A DNA stretch of 64,000 bases. Origin: Seison nebaliae (taxonomy: Eukaryota). Positions 30,158-43,756 of the stretch are shown here, one piece after another (the stretch's first letter is position 1; each line of letters opens with the position of its first letter). Under the pieces are notes generated by a model. That model had not been told where the DNA came from. It was given only the letters and a program-made list of their open reading frames with translations, and searched no databases. Where the stretch lies: the NCBI GenBank assembly GCA_023231475.1, contig JALJEE010001021.1, forward strand, positions 1 to 64,000, written 5' to 3'. The position numbers were made by a program, and so were the translations under genes.

Positions 30158-32984
30158 ATGGATAACACAGCATTTCACAGTATTGAATTGAATGAGACAA
30201 ATATCGAGCAGAAAGATACTCAATCAGTGCCAAATGAGAAAAGCATCAAAAAGTTCTCCATACTAAAAACTTTCTTTCCCAACATTATTCATTTTTTCTT
30301 TTTCCATCGACTCATGATAATTACCAATATCAGACGGATTACTACATCCTGCATATTCATCGTGTGTGGATGTATCATTGCGATTACCGTTATTTTAGCC
30401 GTTATCCTTTCTGTATCACCAAAAGAAGATGACAAAAAGTTGAGTATCAGTGAAATTCATGAGAATTACGTGCAAATACCATCCAAATGGGCTGAATATC
30501 AATCCTCAGCTCTTGCATCTGACACCCCACTATGTGGCCGAGTAGGACAGTTTGATAGAATATTCGTTTCATTTTTCTTCGAAATTCATATAAGAACCTT
30601 TCTAGACAAATCGAGAAGTTGGGAGGAAATGCTGTCGAAATGGCCATTGCTACTGCTTTCTGTACAGGAATTCAGAATATGCACAGTATGGGCATAGGTG
30701 GTGGTAGTTTCTGGGTTATTTATTGGAAACCCGAAAATAAAGTTTACGTTTTTAATGGACGTGAGGAAGCACCAGCAAGCGCTTCTCAGCACATGTTTGA
30801 TAAAGATATTGATGGTAGTCGAGCAGGTTCGATGTTTTCTGTTTTCTCTCTATTATATTTATAGTTTATTTCCATCAAATTTATTTCTGAACTGAAATTA
30901 AATGAAAAAAGAATTATATATAAAAAAAATTATATAAAAAGAATTTTTATAATTGAAAAATTTTTTTAAAAGATGAAAGACTTTATAATTTTTATTATAC
31001 TTCAAATATCATTGAGATGATGTTATCATTTTTTTTCTTCCTTTAGTTAAACATTATATATTAATGAGATTGTTTATGGAGAAGAGTATGTCTTTTACGA
31101 TTTATTATCACCATTTTCGTTCATTTTCTCATCTCGTTTCGAAAAGAGTATTATCTCGGCATTCTTCCCATTTTCCATAGTTTTTAGTAAATTGCTTGAA
31201 AAGATTGTGTAACTGTTTGAAGAATGTTTTGTACACTTAAAATAGCATGTGCTTTATTCATGTGTATGGTTTTTGTATTGATGATGAATAATAATATTGA
31301 ATTATGATTGATTTATATGATTAATTGTTTAAAGGGCCGAATGCTATTGGTATACCGGGAGAAGTGAAGTTATATTCAACTATCTTCAATAAATTCAAAA
31401 GTGGATATGTAACTTGGGCTCAATTAGTTCAGCCGACGATCGATATGGCAGAACAAGGTTCTCCCGTTTCATCAGCTCTCGCCAAAGCGATCAATTCGAC
31501 GTTACGAAAGAAAGTCCTCAATTCAACAACATACAATCCATTAAGGTTTCCATCTTCATTAAAAATATGAATAGGAAAAATGAATGATTTCCAGAGAATT
31601 TTTAATTAATCCAAAAACGAAAAAGGCTTATGTGAAGGATGATATAATCGTTCTGAGGAAATTGGCTACTACCTTACGATTAATTGCCGTTGATCCGGAG
31701 ACATTTTATTCTGGCGTATTAGCCAAACGAATAGTGAGCGATATTAAGGATGAAGGTGGAAATATTACGGAGAAAGATATGGAACAATATCATGTTAGAC
31801 GACCGGAACCGTTGTTTGTAAATATTGGTGAAAACAGGAGAATGTATACACTTCCATTTCCTAGTTCTGGTCCCGTTTTAGCGTTTATCATGAAAATGAT
31901 GAATAGTTATATTCATTTGTAAATTTATGTTGCTAATTATTTATTGAAGGGTTTTATGGAAAGAATAAAGTGGACAACATTTTCTTGTTTTATCATCGAT
32001 TTGTTGAAGCGATGAAATTCGGTGCAGCTAAACGAAGTGAATTCGGCGATCAAATGAATGATGAAAAGAACATTGATAATGATGTTACTCAATTCGATGA
32101 ATTTACTTCGAATCTTTTCTTTTCAGGTCATCAAAGGTATGTTATCTGATGATAATATTAATGAGATTTTCAAAAAAATTAAAAATGACACAACTTTGAA
32201 ATTCGAGGAATATGGCGCCAAATTCAGCGATACAACTGATCGGACAGGTACTGCTCATTTATCTGTTGTCGATTCGAATGGTAACGCCGTCTCATCAACT
32301 CATACGGTGAATCTTTAGTTAGAAATTTCAAATGAAGGAAATCTGGAATATTCTCTTTTGTCAGTTTTGGATCGAAAGTCATCGGACGTCGAACAGGAAT
32401 CATATTCAATGATGAAATGGATGATTTCTCTAATCCGCTCGCAGAGAATTTCTTTGGCGTTCCTCCATCAAAACCGAATTTTATAAAAGCTGGAAAACAA
32501 CCGTTATCGAGCATGACTCCGGCGATAGTGGTCGATGGAAATAACAAAATTGAACATATTATTGGAGCATCGGGTGGCACCAGAATATTTACAACAACTG
32601 CTCAAGTTTATTTTGAAATTGAATGATTCCATTTCTTAATCTATACAGATTTTAAGCGAAGTCTTTTTTAGAGGACGTGATATCGTTTCCTGTATCGATG
32701 AGAAAAGGATACATGATCAACTAATGCCGAAAGTAACATATTTGGAAAGAGGATTCAATGAAGTTTCATATTGAGACTTTTTTTTTAATTCAGTGAAATT
32801 TGTTTAGACAATTAAAAAACATTTGAAGGAAATGGGTCACGATATCGAAATGAATGGATCAATGAGCGTAGCACAATGCATTTCCAGAACACGCAATAAC
32901 ACATATATCGCAGTTTGTGATGGGCGAAAAGGTGGTACACCGTACGGCCGTGGAATGATAAATAATGGTCCAATAGATAATTAA
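30158..32984 (+). CDS. GGT: Gamma-glutamyltranspeptidase (type II membrane protein), 10 exons
   Basis: N-terminal TM anchor, [24 protein letters not shown], catalytic [37 protein letters not shown] and terminal DGRKGG. Confidence 0.94.
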
Positions 32985-34449
32985 GTAAATTGAATTTCTT
33001 TCTTTTCTTTTTGCCAAATATGATTTCAAGAGACTTATGCACAATATTTATTTTCAAATTCTAATTATTTTAACATTTTCTTGTTATTGCATTCATTATA
33101 ATTTTTCAACAATTAAGAGTTTCTAATATTATTTTCTCCCTTATTCATAAATTTAATATTATGGTTTCAATTCTACATTAATCTCATCTCGGTTACTTTC
33201 AAATGTCAAAGAAATTACTGTTGAAGAATGTTAAAGTTAAACGAATACCATTTTTATGTAACGTTTGTAAAAAACGTTGAAAGATTAAGTTCGTTACCAC
33301 TCCACTGTTAGTAAGACAAATTTTAGGTAAGGAAAGTTAATCCAAACTATTGACTAACATCTCTAACTTTCTAGATTGATATAAAGTGTTTGAGAAAAAT
33401 AAACATATTTGTTAGGTTGTCAGATCGAGTCCAAAAAGAAAAGTTCAACTTTAGTCGATAGAATAAAATGTGAATTCCGATCTTTCTATTCTCCTTTTCA
33501 CCGCTATAAATTTTTCTCCATCATATTGGAGCTGAGAATATGGTCTACCTGTCTCACTATCCAGTACACAAGAAACATTAAACTGCCTTGATCGAACATA
33601 CAGGACAGAAATGCCTTTCAACTGAGCATTTATGTTGGCATCTTTGTCACTACTCTTAATAAAGATTTCACAGGATTCTGATTCAACTAACATCGCTGAA
33701 CCAACTTTCGAAAAGTACGGGAGTTGCCGTTCTCTATCCAAATTTTCTGCACTTATTACTCAATAAACGTTCGTGAAATATACCTTTTAACTTCAAAAAT
33801 CTGACGAAAAACTTGAATTAATCCTACCTAAACGTTTAATTAAAATTATTTCCTTCGTTTTTACAAACTTAGGAATTATTAAGTGAAATAAGTGAAATGT
33901 TGTAGGTGCAAACCTCTTAAGTTTAAAAAGCTTGTTTTAAGTAAATTATTAACAATCACCAATTGCTCTTATATTGCGAATCGACGGAATATCATACATA
34001 ATAAACATCAGAAGATTAATTCCGATATAATCAAAAAGTTATCCAATATTTAATCACAACTATATAGAGAAAAGGTTGCTTTATCACATATTAAATAATA
34101 ATATATTTTACATCAAAAATCTAACAAAATTAACTGAAAGAAGGACGAATCGATTCATTAATATAAAGGAAGAATAGCGGATACAATAGCCAAATAATTG
34201 TTAAAGATAAATAATTTAATTTTTTTTATTTTTCATTTTAGATGTAAATCCCTATAGGTTAATTGATAGATGAATATTAAAAAATCACGACATTGGTCGT
34301 TAGAAATTAGTTCATGGCATCTTGGAATCTGATTTTTGACATTGTCTGGAAACAAGTAATCGATGGAGAATAGATCTGTCTCTTGCATTAAACAATCGAG
34401 TAGGTTTCAGAAGAGTGTAGTATGTACAAAAAAACGATAAAGGAGACGT

Positions 34450-35620
34450 AAGTGGTAAGAGGTCATTGAAAGATGGAATAGGAAATTCGAAGGCTCTTCT
34501 CCATCTTCTCCAGTAGAGAAAGATACTTCTTACGATACTTCTTGTTAGTCAACACAATCGGAAATGGAGGAAGATCGACAATAAACAAGATAAATGCTCT
34601 TGAGAAGGAGCTTTTACATCCTAAAAGACTTCGAATGTCTACGCACGTTCCACGCATATTTGCGAAATAACGTACCCTGCACCTGAATAGAGTCATATTG
34701 GGGCGTGCATAACATAGTGGTTTATGCACGTTCCCAACGCCACAACGATGGGACACACGTCTCACGTAGAGATCTCCTACCACTGACCGTAGAGGAGATC
34801 GATCAAAAAATTTATCCCAACGGGAATTTCACTTTTTAAAAAAAAAAGGAAAAAAAAGAATATATCGATTATATGCTCGATCCAATGTATACATTGATTT
34901 CATTGAGAACGAATTAGCTGCCCGTAATCCATAAAAATCACAGCAGAACGTATGAAACAACTTTAGTTTTAGAGAAATGGGAAAAAATGTACACCGATGG
35001 TTTATAGAATGAAAAGCTCTAATGTACTTACACCTAATACGTACAACCCACGGCTGCAAAACTCTTTTTTCTACAGTCTAAATAACAACTAAGAAATCTG
35101 CTGCCAATTACATTTATATTCAAACATTGGAATATCGCTTTCATTCAATTGAATAATCATCAACAATTTAAATTTCGGATCATTACATTTTATCCACATC
35201 CACGAATTCCTTCCTGAATTAACAGTAACATTACATAAAAAATTTCCTTACTGTTAAAAAATAACACCATATCATCGGCATATGCATAGATTGCCGGACA
35301 GCATTTACCACCAATAATGATTTTCCGTGTATGATTTTCCCGAACAACCACGGTGCCAAAGTAGAGCCTTGTCTTGCACCGTAATACCTAATACCTAAAC
35401 TCACTCCCTAAATTCCGGTTAACTTTCACTTGTCCACATGAATCCTTAGAGAGACGTTCAATGAAACGAATATAATTCTCGTGAACACCCCTCTGTCTAA
35501 TTTCAATCTATCTAATAATAATTCTATCGATAATCTATCTCAATACCATAATTATTATCAACAGAATCAAATGCTTTCGATGTATACAGAAGACATATTA
35601 TAAATTTCAATTATGTATCT
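34450..35620 (-). mobile_element. Degenerate non-LTR retrotransposon reverse-transcriptase remnant
   Basis: Minus-strand RT motifs in the correct order across stops and frameshifts: SKAFDSV (~35560-35580), GARQGSTLAPWLF (~35342-35380), AYADDMVL (~35262-35285), then LKLFHTF..FYG..LDRAYNRY (~34860-34970). Boundaries are approximate. Confidence 0.85.
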
Positions 35621-36000
35621 TTACAATTCGAGATGAAATAACGTAGAAGAAGAATAAGCGGAAGAGTGTCTGTACCTCCTATTATCGGAATTAATTTTTA
35701 AATTTCGCTATATCAGCGTATAAAGAACAATTTAACTCACATATTATAATATTTTCACCATTAATAATTATGTATTAATATTATTTCTAAGGACAGTTTT
35801 TAATAGAAAAAAAAAGATTGGGCACAAATTTTCAAAATTTAACAAATTCCAACCTAACATAAAATAGCTTGAAAGAAAAATGTCATGAAGAAATATTAAC
35901 CTGTAGAATTTTTAATGGGCTACCTAATGATATATATATATATATGCATCGACTTTAAAAAATCTCTTTTAAAACAAGTTTTAAAAGTTTCTTCATAATT

Positions 36001-36036
36001 TGTCCCACTTTCCTAAATTGCCCCCACACGACGGTA
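36001..36036. mobile_element. Possible solo terminal inverted repeat of a TA-targeting DNA transposon
   Basis: The reverse complement TA-CCGTCGTGTGGGGGCAATTTAGGAAAGTGGGACA resembles pogo-like TIR ends. No partner TIR or transposase was found. Confidence 0.3.
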
Positions 36037-36059
36037 CCCAACCTTAATACCCTACCCTG

Positions 36060-36200
36060 ATCGATCATGCCTACAATCAGCTTATTAGGAGATTAGTCTC
36101 TTTGTCTCGCTTGGTTTTCTTCCACCATCAATCCCCTTTTCAAAAGAATTTCTGATTTTAACTCTCTCACTTCCTAAATTTCCGTACTAATATTTTTCAC
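36060..36200 (+). mobile_element. Short 3' fragment of the same non-LTR family
   Basis: gatcatgcctacaatcagcttattaggagattagt (DHAYNQLIRRLV) aligns at the nucleotide level with gaccgcgcttacaatcgccttattaggagattagt (DRAYNRLIRRLV) at ~57494-57528. The right boundary is uncertain. Confidence 0.7.
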
Positions 36201-37110
36201 ATTTGCTCAATCTTTTCCCATACTATCCAAATTTAAAATTAATTTTTTAACTATTTCTTTGCCAGCAACGATCCTCATCATCACAAGTCGTATCGTATGA
36301 TATCTATCGGCTCGATTAATTTATTGGAAATACACTGTATGCACTAAATGAGAAATTTTAATTGTTTAAATTTCCTAGAGATTTTAAATTTGTCCTAATA
36401 CCTAATACCTAAAACAACACAAAAGTGAAGAGAATTTTTGCATTCGTTCATGAAGATCATGGATTAATAATTTCCTTCATTTAATATTGTAGATAAGAAT
36501 TATCCTGTGATGTACCGTATTTCAAATTTATATGTGATATTTCTGTAGTTGCTAAGTAGAATTTGTGACTTACATAATAAGTTGTAACAGTCAAAAATTC
36601 AAACTGTTCAAGATTATTCAATTTTGCAGAAGATTTCAAATAATCTGAACAGCTATTTTCCAAACGTTGATCGTATTCAATGTAAATTTTATTCCCTTAG
36701 GATCTTTTAATCTCTCAATCATTGTTATCTATTTATTCTATCTGTTTGAAATTGAACTTGTTTCATATAACTACAAAATAATCGTCTCAAATGTGTTCGT
36801 CGAGAACATTCATTCTATTCTGGAGATAAAGAGTCGATTGAGAGACTTGTAGTAGTGGAAATATCGGATGAAAGAATTGTGAAATAAAATGAGAGAGGAA
36901 ATTTATTTTGAGAGGAAAAAAATGAATATTGAGTGAATGGGAGGGAGTGTTCAAGTAAAATTTGCAATTAGAAATAAATGAGAATTGTGGAAAAAGAAGT
37001 AAAAAAAATGTTGATTGAAAAAGAAATTTGAGCTGAAGGGGCAGAAGTAATATAATTCACGTGCAATTATATAATTGATTTCTCAAGAGTATTTTGAGTT
37101 GAAAAAAATA

Positions 37111-40100
37111 ATGAAAGAATTGAGTCTTATCGATTCGTATCATTACTTCTACAAGAATGAAGAAGATGGGAATAATCAATTGTATTTGAATGTGGATAAC
37201 ATTGTTTATACGAAATATGATGAGATTTATTTCTCTGACAATACTTCTATTCATTGTGCTTATGTTGATTCGGGTAGATATGTGTACAAGAAGGTTTGGG
37301 ATGCCGAAGCGACGATTAAAGACATGGTTCTCGCTCAGTCCAATTGGTTAAATGGATCAGCTATTTATTATCGAATCGATCAACAAACCGTTTATGAGAT
37401 ACCAGTTCTCCATAATGAAAGAACTGTGCCATCCGCCAAATTATATTTATCATTTGACGATTGTGAAATTTGTGCAATGAAGACATCGAATAATATGAAA
37501 TTTATTTTATTTTTATTGAAGAAAATTGAAGGAAACGAATATGAATTTTTACTTTATTCTCTCGATAATCACGAGAAAGTGGCAGATGGAATTCTTTCTC
37601 AACAATCCGCCTATAATCTTCAAGTGGATGTTGGTTGGGGTTCAGTCGCCACTCAATTTCAAGGAACAGCTAATAAAGTAGACATTTTAAGACACAGAGA
37701 ATTGACATCAACAACTGAACGTTTCTCTCCCACTTTTCAAATGGAATGGAATTCAACCGACGATTTCTTTTTCATTCAATATGAAATTAATGAAAGACAA
37801 TTATTTGACGTCTTCCAATTCGAGAATGGACTCCATGTGAAATTGATCGGTCGTTCTGATATTTCCGTTTATCGAATCGGCGAACGAATCGTATGGCGTC
37901 CGAATGCAAATCATATTGTGGTGGGATGTTGTTCGTCATTGGATGGTGTGGGAACATTAGAAATATTCGAATCGAATGGATTACATTTCAATTCGATTCG
38001 TCTCATTCGAAATGAATTTGAGAAATATCTCTCAGTCAACGACATCACAGAAATTATTGATATTAGTTTTTTCAAAGAGAAAATTTTCGCTATTGCCTTC
38101 GAATGGAATTTACGACATTATGTCTCTTTTTATCGAGAATCTAACGATTCGTATTATCTTATGAAGACGATACCTTTCCCAATTCAACATAGAATCATCA
38201 ACATTAAATTGATGAAACGACAAATGAAATTCATTCATGAAAATGATAATTCCTCTCAAGATGATTTGATGAAATGTTTCATCATTTACGATAATGGAAA
38301 TATCGATCTCCTTTATTTTATTTTCACACAATCACATTTATCATTTGCTGGTGGTCGATGTCTGGTCAATTCGAATCAACTCGAATTCTTTTCCAATTTC
38401 CAAAATATTCCATTACCTTTCTCCTCCTATCAATTATCATTCAACACATTAATCAACGACATTTTCGTTTGGAATAATCATTCGATTGTCGTCCGTCTAA
38501 TTGACGAGAGAATTATTGAATTGGAACCATTCGACGAAGTGGATGATGAGAAATTGATTGAATATGAAAAGGAAATTCGATTGCGAAAAAGTTTCGCTAA
38601 AAAAAATCAAAAATTTTATTTTCCAACAAAAACCTCTCAAATTTCCAATCTTTTCAAACCGATCGATGAACGACAATTGACCTTATACAAACATATTGAT
38701 GGCGATAAGGAAAAGATGGTTTGTGTTGAGAGAAATATTTTGGACGAATTGTCCCCCGGGAGAATTTTGGATGTTGATAATGACCTAAATCTTCACTGTC
38801 GAAATGTCCCACTTGCCAATTTGGGAATGTCGAATGAAGTGATTTTGATAAATAATCTTCTCATAATGAATTGTGATGAGAATTTAATCATTGTTGATCT
38901 GGAAGACAATAAGATTTTATTAAATTTGATCGATGTTCATTCAATTTTATTAGGTGAAAAGAAACGATATTTATTCTTTGTTCAAACTATTCACAATTTA
39001 GGTAATGTGACAAAATTGGCTCAGCAGCATGTTTTCGATCATGTTCACATGATATCGTTAACCGATCCACAATTTTCTATTTTATCGACCATCAATTGTG
39101 AAAAGTATGCTTCTCTTTCCCATCAATATGGAACGGGAATTACTTTGTTATGTTTACGAGGAAATTATGAACAAATTCATTTCCTTCCATTATTATTAGA
39201 TCATCTGATTGATGATTTGGTGAATAATAAAGAATATTTGGAAGGATTAGCATTTTGTGAGAAACATCGAATACATGTGAATTTTATGCATGATGCAGCT
39301 GTCCGATATAACGGTGGAAAAGTGGAAACATTTTTAACTGATTTAATTTCCACTTTCATCAAATTAAATGAAACAAAAAAATTGAATCGATATTTCGATT
39401 TATTATCAGATGAGAATGTTAATAAAGAATATGAATTGGCATTCTATTTCGATAAATGTCAAACGACCACATTAAATCCGAAGAGAAATTTAACAGATAT
39501 TTATTTTTTTACTCGTCGAATCATTGAAAATCTCGTCAATGACAAAGAGAAATATCCGGCTGCCATAGGCATCCTTTATGCGACGATTTGCTTAAAACAT
39601 TTGGATTCGGTCGGTGTAGTACCTGCATTAACATTCATTCGTTCGCAATCCGATCAATTGGAGGAGACAATTCGATTTTTCGCTTCCAAACTCAAATTTC
39701 AACAATTGTTCGATATCGTCTTGTCGTCGTACGATGTGGAAGGAGCGTTATCTGTTTGTAAATATTCCGATATCGATCCCACCAACTTTTCTCACATCAT
39801 CGATAAAGTAATGGCGACAAATGATGAATTAGAACGACGATATCTCATCGATCATCATTATCAGAAATATGATTTAGCCATTTTCCATCTCATTCAATTT
39901 CATGTGGGAGAATTAGATGAATATTTGAAGAATTTAATTAAATTAAATTTAAACAATTTCAATTATAATGATATGTGGAAACGAACGAAACGTTTATTCT
40001 ATCAATTCAATTTACAATCTTCTCCTTATTTCATCACATTCCTCTACTCATATGATAATTGGTTGACGAAGAATAATGACAAGAATTTACATCGAATTTT

Positions 40101-41347
40101 AAACCTTTTTCACATTTTCAAAATCAATACCGAATTGTTAAGTAATAGAGAAAATGAATTTTTCATTCAATTCTTTCAACTCGCCACAACAGCTATGGAA
40201 AATCCATCAGAATATAATCGCCATTTCCTTCCCGTCATTCTTCGATCTCTCATCGATCTTTTTCAATCGGTGAATATTGGTGATAATGTCAATTTTGACA
40301 TCCAACAAATCTTTCAACCATTCTCACATTTTGCCGATATTGGCGAATATCTTCTCCTTCGACAACAGATCATCGATAAAGACAAATATTTCTCCTTAAT
40401 TCTCACGTCGGAAAACTGGTCAAATATTTTGAAATTCGTTTGTCTTTTCTTTTCATCAACTACTCATAATTTCAATAGATGCTCACCCAAAAAATCAATA
40501 GGAATTATGTGATAAAACTTCAAAACAATTTTAACAATGTTTTAAATCGAATAAAAAATTTAATTAATTCCAATAATATGTTGTGGGAGGAATCGTATAA
40601 CAGGTGACATTTTATGAAAGAATTTCATTTTTTTTCAAATATTCATAGACTAATTATTGTGCGAGAAGAATTGTTAAAGAAACGGAAAGAAAGAATGATG
40701 AAATTGGAGGAAATATTCGAAAGAAATGAAAATAATAGTATGGCGTCATCAAAAGCCACTTCGAAAAGATCGAAACGATCGACTGTTTCAGCATCATCGA
40801 AAAGGAGAAAAGAAAGAAAACTTCACAATCTCCAATATGGTTCCACATATGAAGATTTCGCATTAACATCATATTTAAGGAGATTAGCGAACGAAATGAA
40901 AGGATATTATGGTTATTTAATTATCATTTTTTTTTTGAAATTTTATCATTTTTTTGAAATTTTATCATTTTTTTTTAAGATGAACTTCAACTATTCCTCA
41001 ATTTCACTAATTGCTGTTACCATCTCTCACAACAACAAATTAATGATCTGAATGAATTAAGTTGAAATTTCTTTTCTTCAAATGTTCACTAAAATTATTA
41101 GATTTGACAACAAAAAATTTCTTGCGAGTCATTCAACAATCGTTGTGCAATGTGTGGACATATGATCTGGAGGAGGAGGAGGAGAATATTTCGGAAGATT
41201 TGAAAGAGTTGACATCCTTTCAGATTATGGAACGGAAAGAAAAAGAGAAAAGTTTCCAACTGAATTTTCTTCAAATTTTAAATTTATTTTATTCTTTCAG
41301 TTCGACGATTTTATGGTCATCAAACGAAATTGTTGAACGAAGAATAA
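37111..41347 (+). CDS. ELP1: Elongator complex protein 1 (IKI3/IKAP), 6 exons
   Basis: VGWGSVATQFQG, WRPNANHI, IFESNGL, RGNYEQI, CEKHRIHVN, LSSYD...DP, RYLIDHH, and basic SSKRRKERKLHNLQYGSTYED. The likely start is MKELSL at 37111. Confidence 0.93.
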
Positions 41348-43756
41348 TTTCCGTTTCTTTCATTCAAATCCATCTCAATCATCAATTCATCAATGTTTTA
41401 AGGATTTTTATTTCTAGTTTTAATCGAGAAAATTCCACAGATAAGAAAATCTATTTTTTTTTATAATAAAATTTCAACCTTTTAACAATTTTGAAAGTTT
41501 TGAAAATTTAAAAAAATTTCCAATAAAAGAATTCAATTAGAGAATTGGATGAAATATTGTGAGAGAAAGGAAGAAACTTGAAAAAAATCGGAAATTTCGA
41601 AAAGATTTCGGAAGATCTATTAATTTTGGGAGATTCATTAAAATTTAGTTGATACTTCGATTAGTGAGTTGTCAGTGATTAGGATTGAGACAATTGATCG
41701 ATGATAGATTTGAAGATAAAGGAAATATGAAGGTAAGAAGTTGAAGATGTGATTGTAGAAAGGATGGAAAGTTTCTCATAAAACTTGTGCACGTACTGAG
41801 ATTGGGAAATGATGAAAAGAGACGTGTCTAACTATCGTTCGAATGATAATGATTGAGGGGAGATGATTTGAACGTTAATAATGGAAATGGATGAAGATGT
41901 GATGGAATAAGATGGTGATCATTTCCATTATTTTTACCTGTCATCAATGAAAATGTTGATGTTGGATGTTATCTATCGATCACTTAATTGTGTATCGAAG
42001 GAAATAACTGTAACTGGTCGATAGGGGGAATGTTGGTGAAGTTGGAACATGTGCATGTTCCATCGGACAATTTCCATCATATGGAAATTGGGAATGAGAT
42101 ATGAGGGAAATAATTTATTAATTTTCCATTCATTTCTACAAAGAATCAATGAGAAGAAATGACAAAAAATTCGAAAATTTCTTCTAATTGTAATTTCACT
42201 TTTTACACTTTAAGTTATATGTTTGATGAGATTGGTGGAGAGGAAGGGATAATTGAATAAATATAAAACTAAATTGTTTTCATTCAACACATCATTAGCA
42301 GAGAAGCGTAACTGAGTTCGATAATATTTCTCGCTAATTCCTTCTTTCTTCCTTCTTTAGGAATATGTTACTCATTCATCTTCTTCTCCCTCGATGAAAT
42401 CGATAAGTAATTAGAATGAAGAACCGGTAAATGATTTGAAGATTTCCAGACGAAATTTTGTGGAAATTATCAGAGGAAATTCTTCCTTCAAACAAATTGT
42501 CGAAAATTACATTAAGAATGGTTTGAGTATCCGTCTCTATTTTATGTAAGAAATAGTTGAATGATTAGAAATGGATAATTCTATTTGAAGTTGAGAAAGA
42601 AATAAATAAAAAAAGAAGGAGCAGAAGTAGAAGAATGCACCTTATTTCGTAAGTAATTTGATAATGAACGCTTTCTCTGGAAAGTAATACTCCTCTCTCC
42701 TCCTCCATCATTTCAATTTTCAGCTATTTAGTCGTTTTTAAGTGTTCGTTCAGTTTGTATAGATTCGTATGGATAGTGTGTGCTAGACGAGCATACACCC
42801 AAATTAGACATTTCAGTTGCATATTATTTCCGATTAAATGATTTCTTTCCATTCCCAACATGCATCTTAGAACTTTATCATGTTAACATCTTGTGTATTC
42901 TCCTCGTCCGACTATCGGCAAGTTCAAACAACCGACCTGACTTGTTGTGCGAATGGAAGAACATTCCAATAAACGGATTAACTGAAGTTTCGATTCTGTC
43001 TTATCTGAATGATAATGTTTATCATTTCTTTCTGATCCAATTCCTCTCCAGTTAAAGTTGTGGGAATGATGTTAAATTTTAATAGTGTTTGATAGAAATT
43101 TAGAATGAAAAAAGGATGAAAGAGAACTAAATTGTCGTCAGGAGTTGAGATAAGGAGACGGTTGGGTTGTGTAGAATGATTATTTGTGTGGGATAAGATG
43201 TTGGGCTAATAGGAAAGAAAATAAACAAGATACAATTCTTCCGAAAAGTTGAATGATGGAAGTTTGAATGTTTAGGTAGGAGGATTGGTTGAGAGACGGA
43301 ATATAATTGGAAGGGAAATTGAAAGTTGCCTCATACCATATCGTCTCTTATGAATTGGGATGTATATGTAGCTGTTGGTTAATTACTTTCATAAACATAT
43401 CAGATGACGAATCGTCCATTCATATTCCATCTCCCAACGATGTGGATAACGATATGGTGCAATTCCGTCTGATGTGGAGAATGACGATGAATATCTAATT
43501 AATTGTTTATACATCAGTAAAAATGTATGAAATTCTTTTCGTTATCTACTTCATTTTCTTCATCATCATCAGGAACGTCTTCTTTCGAATATTTGTTGAA
43601 GAGTTTCTAATTAACTTTCTCAATTTCATCTGCTTTCCATTAACAACCAAATCGTTTCATTTTGATTGTGCATGAAAAATTTCCCTTCTTCATTCTTCCA
43701 TTATTCATAATTTCTTATGCATTATTTATGAAATATTTTCCCATTTTATTTTACAG

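Noticed and set aside
33451..33741. 96-aa minus-strand ORF as a gene
   Set aside because: Non-ATG start, no recognisable domain, and it lies in a transposon-rich gap.
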